From IMG/VR virus record IMGVR_UViG_3300042484_002006: a DNA stretch of 64,000 nucleotides; one strand, given 5' to 3'. A program made the position numbers and the translations under genes. The notes under the pieces are model-generated. The model searched no databases, had not been told where the DNA came from, and was given only the letters and a program-made list of their open reading frames with translations. The first letter of the stretch is position 1. Each line of letters opens with the position of its first letter. Shown piece by piece: positions 57,673-64,000 of the stretch. This DNA comes from a virus.

Positions 57673-57766
57673 GGAGAGGTGCCAGAGTTCGGTTGAATGG
57701 AACATCCTGCTAAGATGTCGACGTTTGAAAAAATGTCCGTGGGTTCAAATCCCACCCTCTCCGCCA
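57673..57766 (+). tRNA. tRNA-Ser (anticodon GCT)
   Basis: Acceptor GGAGAGG/CCTCTCC, then G and encoded CCA. Anticodon arm ACATC-CTGCTAA-GATGT, long variable arm GACGTTT/AAATGTC, T-arm GTGGG-TTCAAAT-CCCAC. Confidence 0.93.
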
Positions 57767-57790
57767 AATACTATTTTTAAAGAAGGAAAT

Positions 57791-58651
57791 ATGAAAGTTC
57801 TTATATTAGGTGCTGGCGGTGTTGTCGGTCAGCATATGAAAATTAATGAGCCAAAAGATGTTGAAGTAATTTATTCAAGAAAGACTTCTAGTCCCGGATG
57901 GTATGGGATAGATGTTGATCATCAAGATGTTCGGAAAGATTTAGACATTATAAATCCAGATGTAATTATCAATTTAGCTGGAGAGAATAGAGTTGATGTT
58001 GTTGAATCGGATCCACAAAAATATGTAAGCGTAAATGTTGATTTAGTTAAAACATTATGCACATGGGTAACGAAGAACGATAAGTACTTGATACAAGGAA
58101 GTACTCAGGGTATTTTTAGCGGAGATAACTCATGCTACAATACTACTGATATAGCGCATCCTCTAACTCATTATGGAAAACAAAAACTAACTGCTGAACA
58201 TATAGTTTTAGCTCATCAAAATACAGAAATATGTAGATTAACTTTCGTAATTGGAGTAAGACCTTTCCAGGATATTGGTCGCAAGAATCCTTTAGAGTCA
58301 ATGATAGAAGATGAAGTGCAGCTCCAAGTTGATGATCGATTTTTTTCTCCACTGTTTGCACAAGATGCCGCAAAGATTCTTTGGAATAGAGCTTTAGATT
58401 TTAAGAACGCTAAAGAAAAAATAGTTCATTTAGGCATTCCGATAAAGTGTAGCAGATTTGCTATAGCACGAGATTTAAAGTATAATGTACACGGATGCAT
58501 TAACCCTATAATCAAAGGTGTATCTCACGAGCACTTTAAAGGTATTGCTCCAAGACCTAAAGATACAACTTGGTGTAAGTCATTGTATATAGATTCCTAC
58601 GAAGAAGGATTAATGTCCTCATATTTATTATGGGAGAAAGTGAAAAAATGA
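57791..58651 (+). CDS. RmlD-like NAD(P)-dependent nucleotide-sugar reductase
   Basis: KVLILGAGGVVG, IINLAG, YGKQK, APRP. Start moved to ATG 57791 (AAGGA RBS) because the ORF-track start is inside the tRNA. Confidence 0.8.
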   Translation: MKVLILGAGGVVGQHMKINEPKDVEVIYSRKTSSPGWYGIDVDHQDVRKDLDIINPDVIINLAGENRVDVVESDPQKYVSVNVDLVKTLCTWVTKNDKYLIQGSTQGIFSGDNSCYNTTDIAHPLTHYGKQKLTAEHIVLAHQNTEICRLTFVIGVRPFQDIGRKNPLESMIEDEVQLQVDDRFFSPLFAQDAAKILWNRALDFKNAKEKIVHLGIPIKCSRFAIARDLKYNVHGCINPIIKGVSHEHFKGIAPRPKDTTWCKSLYIDSYEEGLMSSYLLWEKVKK

Positions 58652-59385
58652 ATATAGATAACCAGGCAGAACTTATTTCAGGATTTTTAGGAATAAGTTT
58701 AAAGGATGCAAAAGATAGATTGAGTCTTGGATTTCATGCAAATCATCATGAAGTGGCTAAAGATTTCATTGACAACAGCACTAATGTAGACGATCCTAAT
58801 TCTTTATTGAATTGGTATAGAACTACAGACTCATATATATGGGAACTATCTGCGTATCACTTGGATGAGGGATTTAATTACAAGGGTATGTGTGAGGGAA
58901 TTTCCTTAGGTTTATTTCATTCTGGAAAAAAGAATGTTTTAAGCATTGGTGATGGAATTGGAACTCTTAGTTTGCGAATGGCCGAGCAGGGCATTAAGAC
59001 AACATACCATGATTTGGAAAATAGTAAAACAGCTAACTTTGCACAGTACCGATTTAGCAAGCGCCCTGATCTAGATATCAAAACTTTATTCACTGATAGC
59101 TTTGCGCCAACAATTGGTAGCAATAAGTTTGACGGTGTTGTCGCCCTAGATTTTCTCGAGCATGTCGTAAACGTAGATGAATGGGCTTTAGCTATTTTTA
59201 ATTGCCTAAAGAAAAACGGTGTGTTCATTCCTAATAACGCATTCGGAATAGGCGACGCTGAGCATGGAAATTCTATCCCGATGCACCTAGCCATTAATAA
59301 TAAATATGAATGGGAATGGGATCCTATGTTAGTAAGAATAGGTTTTGTACGCCATGAAAACGGACAGTGGTGGGTGAAGCCATGA
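58648..59385 (+). CDS. class I SAM-dependent methyltransferase
   Basis: VLSIGDGIG, YHDL, FDGVVALDFLEHV, LKKNG. Confidence 0.75.
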   Translation: MNIDNQAELISGFLGISLKDAKDRLSLGFHANHHEVAKDFIDNSTNVDDPNSLLNWYRTTDSYIWELSAYHLDEGFNYKGMCEGISLGLFHSGKKNVLSIGDGIGTLSLRMAEQGIKTTYHDLENSKTANFAQYRFSKRPDLDIKTLFTDSFAPTIGSNKFDGVVALDFLEHVVNVDEWALAIFNCLKKNGVFIPNNAFGIGDAEHGNSIPMHLAINNKYEWEWDPMLVRIGFVRHENGQWWVKP

Positions 59386-60242
59386 GAATAGATATGGGCA
59401 CTGCTAGTTATAATAATCCTCAGAAGTTAAATATGATGCTCATTAATATGAGAGAGAACTCTACTTCCGATTGGCGCTTTTTAGTCATTGATAACGCATC
59501 GACTGACCCAGGTGTCAGAGAAGTTATTGAAAGACACGCTAGTGAAGATTCAAGAATCATTCCAAGATTTTTAGATCACAATACTGGATATGTCGGAGCA
59601 GTCAATCAAATACTGGAGTGGGCAGAGACTAACAATGTCGGCTATCTTGACAACGATGCGTATGCTATTACTCGTGGTTGGGATGAGAAATTGGCTAGTT
59701 ATCTAGAATCTAATCATGAAGTCGCTATGGCTTTTCCTAATGGTGGAGCTTACCCGATACAGCGTACAAGATATATGGAAATATTATGGGGTGTTGGATT
59801 TTGTTGGATTTTAAATCGTCAACGATACAAAGAAATCGGTGGATTTGATACAGAGATCGGGCATCAAGAAGAAGTTGATTTCCAGACTAGAATAAGATTA
59901 GGTGGCTGGAAGATAGTAGCTGATCCATCAGTAGTAGTCTCTCACGATGCCACAAGTACTAGAAATCCTGATGCACAGGAAAGAATTAATGCAGGCGTAG
60001 TTAACTGGGTGAATAAATGGAATAAATACTTTGTAGGCCCGCATGTAACCTATCATAGCCCTAACGTAACTAGGTTCGAAGATTGGACTTCCCATTACAT
60101 GGAGGAATGGTATCAGTTGCAACCTGAGCTTAAAGGGTTAAATGAGAGTCCAGAAACAATTTATATAGCAGCTTTGGGGCGCGAAGTAGATATTATCAAG
60201 GTCCCACGTTGGCAAAATCTTTATCGAGGAAGAATAATTTAA
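59382..60242 (+). CDS. glycosyltransferase family 2
   Basis: ASYNN, IDNASTD, NTGYVGAVN, YLDND, GGFD..EEVDFQTR. Confidence 0.85.
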   Translation: MRIDMGTASYNNPQKLNMMLINMRENSTSDWRFLVIDNASTDPGVREVIERHASEDSRIIPRFLDHNTGYVGAVNQILEWAETNNVGYLDNDAYAITRGWDEKLASYLESNHEVAMAFPNGGAYPIQRTRYMEILWGVGFCWILNRQRYKEIGGFDTEIGHQEEVDFQTRIRLGGWKIVADPSVVVSHDATSTRNPDAQERINAGVVNWVNKWNKYFVGPHVTYHSPNVTRFEDWTSHYMEEWYQLQPELKGLNESPETIYIAALGREVDIIKVPRWQNLYRGRII

Positions 60243-60782
60243 ATGAGATTAGAAACAATACCACAAGGTAATGGCATAAAAGTCGTAATTGGTACCAGAA
60301 CATACCTAGGTTCAGACTGGATGCATATAGATATAGATCCAACACCATTATATGATCATGTAAATAAAACTTTTGTCCCAGTAGACGTAGTTTGCGATGC
60401 ACGAAAAATCAATCTTCCAGATAATTACGCTGACATAGTTTATAACTCTGAATGTCTAGAACATTTTCCTTGGAAAGAATATCAATCAGTATTAGCTGAG
60501 TGGTGTAGAATTGTTAAGCCAGGTGGCATGATCAGAATAGAAGTCCCAGACTTTATTCTAGCCTGTAATCAATTAATCTCTATGGACTCTCTCGATGGAG
60601 ACAGAAGAATGCAGCAAATCTTTTTTGCGGAACAACTTAATCCTTTTGACTTTCACTTTGTGGGCTTAACGCATAGAATGTTGCAAGACGACTTTGAAAA
60701 AATGGGTTTTGAAATATTAGATATTAAGCGTGGAGATGAATGGGGCTGGCTCAAAGTCGACGCCCGTAAGCCTGTGCTATAA
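60243..60782 (+). CDS. SAM-dependent methyltransferase (type 11-like)
   Basis: HIDID, DVVCDAR, LEHF, RIVKPGG. Confidence 0.8.
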   Translation: MRLETIPQGNGIKVVIGTRTYLGSDWMHIDIDPTPLYDHVNKTFVPVDVVCDARKINLPDNYADIVYNSECLEHFPWKEYQSVLAEWCRIVKPGGMIRIEVPDFILACNQLISMDSLDGDRRMQQIFFAEQLNPFDFHFVGLTHRMLQDDFEKMGFEILDIKRGDEWGWLKVDARKPVL

Positions 60783-60790
60783 TACATATC

Positions 60791-61249
60791 ATGGATTGGG
60801 ACTACGTAGCACATATAATTAGAGATGTGTTTCCACAAAGAACATTTACGACTCTTTATGGCCGTAGCAAAGAATTGTTAGATGTTTTACACATGCCTAA
60901 GCATGGTATTGGCGCTTTTATGATGCATACTGAAAGAGGAAAATATCTCTCTAACGACGAGAGTAAGTACTGGGAAGCTGGTATAAACGATACATATTTT
61001 GGTGAATCAATTTGTGATTTATTTATTTCATTTAATTATGATCCAGAACTTTTGAACGACGACACAGATATGGTAGCCCGTCAGATCAAAAGCTTTTTAA
61101 AACCTGGCGGTTTTGCAATGGTGGTAAATCCAGGTGTTTGGGCAAATGATCTTGGAAAATATCTAACTATTAACGCACAAGTGGAAACTGAAATTAAAAG
61201 ATATTCAATGTTTAAAAATGAGAATGTATTAGTGTATGAAAATATTTGA
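60791..61249 (+). CDS. methyltransferase-like protein (degenerate), probably leaderless
   Basis: CDLFIS..FLKPGG; TGcTATAAT (60775-60783) ends 7 nt before the ATG. Confidence 0.45.
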   Translation: MDWDYVAHIIRDVFPQRTFTTLYGRSKELLDVLHMPKHGIGAFMMHTERGKYLSNDESKYWEAGINDTYFGESICDLFISFNYDPELLNDDTDMVARQIKSFLKPGGFAMVVNPGVWANDLGKYLTINAQVETEIKRYSMFKNENVLVYENI

Positions 61250-61976
61250 TTGCTTTACGTATTTTAATGAAGAACAAATGCTAAAGATCCGCTTGCACGA
61301 ATTATACTCTTGTGTTGATTCATTCGTAATTGTAGAGGCATCTAAAACCTTTACTGGCAATAGCAAGCCCTTCTATTTAGAAGATATAGGTGAATGGATA
61401 AATCCATTTTTGGATAAAATAATTAAAATAAAGGTTGATTTTCCAAAAGATGAAATGACTTCTTGGGAGAGAGAATACTTTCAACGAAACGCCATCATGG
61501 ATGGTTTATCTTTTGCTAAAAAGAATGACATAATTTTAATATCTGATGTGGATGAAATTATTAAATCATCTGTTATACAGAAATTAAAAAATATAAAAAA
61601 ACCTGTAGCTTTAGATAATAGGCAATATTTTTGGAATTTTAATTGGCAGGTTCCAGATCACTGCAACCAAACTGCTAGACCAGTTGCGTTGAAATACTCG
61701 GAGTTGAAAAAAAATAGTCCACAAAAAATGAGAGAAGCACTTTTGCCAAGAGTACCCAACGCTGGTTGGCACTTTTCTTATTTTTCAGATATTAATAATA
61801 TTATATATAAGATAGAATCATTTGCGCATACAGAATATAATGAAAATGAATACAAGTCTTTAGAAACTATTAAGCATAGGATTGAAAAGGGAATAGATCC
61901 ATTTGATAGATTTCCCCTAAAGTATTATGAGATAAATGAAACGTATCCTGTTTATGTGCAAAATAACTACAAATAA
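61236..61976 (+). CDS. glycosyltransferase family 17 (MGAT3-like N-acetylglucosaminyltransferase)
   Basis: IFDCFTYFNE..LKIRL..FVIVEA..TFTG..EYFQRN..ISDVDEI..GWHFSY..KIESFAH. Confidence 0.82.
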   Translation: MKIFDCFTYFNEEQMLKIRLHELYSCVDSFVIVEASKTFTGNSKPFYLEDIGEWINPFLDKIIKIKVDFPKDEMTSWEREYFQRNAIMDGLSFAKKNDIILISDVDEIIKSSVIQKLKNIKKPVALDNRQYFWNFNWQVPDHCNQTARPVALKYSELKKNSPQKMREALLPRVPNAGWHFSYFSDINNIIYKIESFAHTEYNENEYKSLETIKHRIEKGIDPFDRFPLKYYEINETYPVYVQNNYK

Positions 61977-61985
61977 GAAAAAGTG

Positions 61986-61994
61986 ATTACTATA
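61986..61994 (+). promoter_or_regulatory. TACTATA motif, putative late promoter
   Basis: atTACTATA; TACTAT starts 41 nt before ATG 62029. Confidence 0.55.
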
Positions 61995-62028
61995 CTCCTA
62001 CGATGTATTGATTGTTTAAGGAGTCAAA

Positions 62029-62232
62029 ATGGCCGGTAAAAAGCCCGCAAAGAAAAATGTTTCGAATTCACCCGTAGCTACCCTCAAAGTAGAACAACCA
62101 GGTAAGCCAATCCTATATGTAGGATTAAAAGGTAGATCCTTTATCTGCCCCGCATGCAGTCGAGAACTCCAACGTGGCATGGTTTATGAGCATAATAATG
62201 AAAAGTTCTGCTCAAGAAACTGTATAGGCTGA
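62029..62232 (+). CDS. small basic Zn-binding protein
   Basis: CPAC..FCSRNC; AAGGAG RBS. Confidence 0.65.
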   Translation: MAGKKPAKKNVSNSPVATLKVEQPGKPILYVGLKGRSFICPACSRELQRGMVYEHNNEKFCSRNCIG

Positions 62233-63720
62233 CTAAAATCTTTTTCTTAGAATTGATAGAGCTGCGCCTGCAGTTCTTAACATTCTTGATCCACCCGTAC
62301 CAGATGCTACGTGGGATGAAGCTTCAGTCGAGGCTTCCAGTAAACCTCGCGTTGCACCAGAGCGTCTAACGGCTACTTCTACGCCTTCTTCTACAGTTTG
62401 AGGGACCTGCCTGTTAGCAACTCTCGCAGCGACTGTCTGGTCTGCCTTCGCCATTGACTCTATTAAAGCTTTTGGTGGAGTAAGAGGAACTGATTCTGTA
62501 ATATTCCCTGTCATTTTTTCTCCAAGATTTTTTGGCAAACCTGAACCTTCCATGGGTTCTAGTCTTTTTGCTCGCTCCAAAAATTTATCTTCTCCACCAG
62601 AATCTCTAAATTTTTGTATCTGCTCTTCTTTCCAGGCATCCTCAATAGATCTTATTTCTCTTTGCAGGTCGGGATCCAAAGCGTAAGGACGAGAGGCATC
62701 TCCTGTTTCCATTTGGGGGTAAGTAAGGGTTGCTATAGGCTTATGCTGCCCTACTAGTCCTACTTCGTCACTAACAGTTAATCCTGCTTGTCCAGTAACA
62801 TCTCTAATAAAAGGGAATAAATGAGCACCAGCTGTTTCGCCTCTACCATATCCTGTGGCCATTTTCTCTGTTGCATCATAGGCGCTCATGAATTGGCCAT
62901 CCCAAGTTTTACCTTGAGCAAGTATTTCTCTTCTTTTTATTAGATCAGATCTGTGCCTTTCTATTATACCCTCAATTTTTTCAGGTCCTACATATCTATC
63001 AAAATTTGTATCTTTTCCAATAAGATGAGATTGAGCGTTGTTGATGGATCCGATATTTCCTTTTCGAAAATCTAATTCATACCCATGATTTTTTGAGAGT
63101 TCAGTTAATTTGTCTAATCTTTCTTCGCCAACTTCACCAGGCCACACACCAGTTTTTTTATATTCCTCTAGAAAATCATCTAAAACATACTGCTGTTTTA
63201 AGTCTGAATCAAAAGCCATCTTATACTTTTCAAAGCGTTGTTCATTCAGTCCAGCTACATTTCCACCACCAGCTCCAGCAAGAAGTTTTCTTTCTTCCGC
63301 ACTTAAATTTTTATAAATTAATTCGCCAGGTTTTTTATCAACTAATCCACTTCTATCTACCATTTCTGCATTAGGGCTAGCATACTTCCCCAAAGTAAGA
63401 TTCTTGGGCATGTCGGGCCTATAGCCAAATGATGCGTTATCTGGACTTAAGACGCCACCTTCAAACGCATCCACGCCAACATGAGTAGCGTAGCTAAGTC
63501 CTTTGAAATCTGGGTTGTATCCTAATGCAGAAAGTCTTTCTGGGGTGGGGTTATCTTTATGAAAACCCTTGGTAAACATACCTTGGAGTTCAGTGGTTCG
63601 CGCCTGTAATCTAGCAAATCTTTCTGGATCAGCCTTTATATCCTCAAAGCTTTCAGTAAATGTCTCATAGGTATCCATGAGTTGACGCCTATTAAAAAAT
63701 TCATCTATAGTTTGAGCCAT
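62233..63720 (-). CDS. hypothetical protein (495 aa)
   Basis: Only long minus-strand ORF; GAGG RBS; no family recognised. Confidence 0.7.
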   Translation of the reverse strand: MAQTIDEFFNRRQLMDTYETFTESFEDIKADPERFARLQARTTELQGMFTKGFHKDNPTPERLSALGYNPDFKGLSYATHVGVDAFEGGVLSPDNASFGYRPDMPKNLTLGKYASPNAEMVDRSGLVDKKPGELIYKNLSAEERKLLAGAGGGNVAGLNEQRFEKYKMAFDSDLKQQYVLDDFLEEYKKTGVWPGEVGEERLDKLTELSKNHGYELDFRKGNIGSINNAQSHLIGKDTNFDRYVGPEKIEGIIERHRSDLIKRREILAQGKTWDGQFMSAYDATEKMATGYGRGETAGAHLFPFIRDVTGQAGLTVSDEVGLVGQHKPIATLTYPQMETGDASRPYALDPDLQREIRSIEDAWKEEQIQKFRDSGGEDKFLERAKRLEPMEGSGLPKNLGEKMTGNITESVPLTPPKALIESMAKADQTVAARVANRQVPQTVEEGVEVAVRRSGATRGLLEASTEASSHVASGTGGSRMLRTAGAALSILRKRF

Positions 63721-63737
63721 AACTAACCTCTTTGTGT

Positions 63738-63759
63738 GTTACTATATATACATAGTAAC
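63738..63759. promoter_or_regulatory. palindromic pair of TACTAT motifs between divergent genes
   Basis: GTTACTAT-atatac-ATAGTAAC; each TACTAT starts 37 nt from its ATG (63777 + and 63720 -). Confidence 0.65.
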
Positions 63760-63776
63760 TATCTTTTAGGAGAAAA

Positions 63777-64000
63777 ATGTCAATTTATTGGTTAGCTGAA
63801 TTTTTAAAAGAAATGGAAAATAAACTTCCTCCGGCAGAACAAGAATATGCCAACGCCCTAATAGGTATAGTGGGTAAGTATGGGAAGCTTTCCAACGGTG
63901 ATGGCAATGGTATCTGGGTAGGATATGTGCCCGGAATCGAAAACGATAATCTATCTATTGGGGTTAAGTGTGCTAACTGTGCCCTGTATGAAGGTAACGG
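63777..64000 (+). CDS. 3'-truncated hypothetical protein with CxxC motif
   Basis: AGGAG RBS; MSIYWLAEFLKEMENK..VKCANCALYEG; runs off the window. Confidence 0.6.
   Translation, partial: MSIYWLAEFLKEMENKLPPAEQEYANALIGIVGKYGKLSNGDGNGIWVGYVPGIENDNLSIGVKCANCALYEGN

Noticed and set aside
57673-57766. Amber suppressor tRNA explaining the 15116 TAG
   Set aside because: The anticodon loop is CT-GCT-AA (Ser), not CTA.
57725-57790. N-terminal extension of the RmlD-like ORF (MKKCPWVQIPP..)
   Set aside because: It overlaps the tRNA; the real start is ATG 57791 with an RBS and the Rossmann motif immediately after.
1281-63374. Other short ORF-track entries nested in or antisense to long genes (e.g. 1281, 2491, 6188, 11222, 17804, 43090, 58917, 63093)
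   Set aside because: No RBS, motif or coupling; expected shadow ORFs.
1-64000. Genome-wide TAG stop-codon reassignment
   Set aside because: Long ORFs are intact under the standard code, and TAG is a clear stop at 4634 (followed by an RBS), 45802, 46614 and 54631. Only the 15116 TAG is suspicious.
1-64000. Prophage, integrase, transposon, retron or DGR elements
   Set aside because: No integrase, transposase, reverse transcriptase or template/variable repeat pair was recognised.

Overview
This is 64 kb of a large, AT-rich, apparently lytic dsDNA phage with a contractile tail (myovirus-type baseplate). Nearly all genes are on the + strand. The host is probably an actinobacterium, inferred from an r1t-type holin, an MSMEG_6728-like glycosylase, an LPxTG protein and leaderless sigmaA-type promoters. 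Layout: (1) 1-27.8 kb tail and baseplate module, with a hub-like protein fused to a thermonuclease, a dual peptidoglycan hydrolase, spike-like, gp25-like and baseplate J genes, giant wedge/fibre proteins, a paralogous array and a holin. (2) 28-50.7 kb nucleotide metabolism and replication: class II RNR, ThyX, dCMP deaminase, glycosyltransferases, DnaB-like helicase, AEP primase, DnaE, RecB-like and endonuclease I-like nucleases, a sigma factor, RNase HI and dNMP kinase. (3) 50.7-56.8 kb many tiny Lys-rich proteins (most missed by the ORF track), an LPxTG surface protein and the lysis cassette. (4) 56.9-62 kb exonuclease, tRNA-Ser(GCT) and a glycan-modification island. (5) A divergent gene pair at the right end. 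Best leads: 14 synonymously varied Ala-Thr-Pro motifs in one 1522-aa virion protein alongside 4-5 glycosyltransferases; the hub-TM-nuclease fusion; a single in-frame amber codon between two giant virion ORFs; a TACTAT motif 37-41 nt upstream of seven late-type genes; a phage-encoded sortase substrate; a leaderless highly acidic 54-aa protein; and the basic micro-protein cluster. All family calls come from motifs recognised by eye; no database searches were run.
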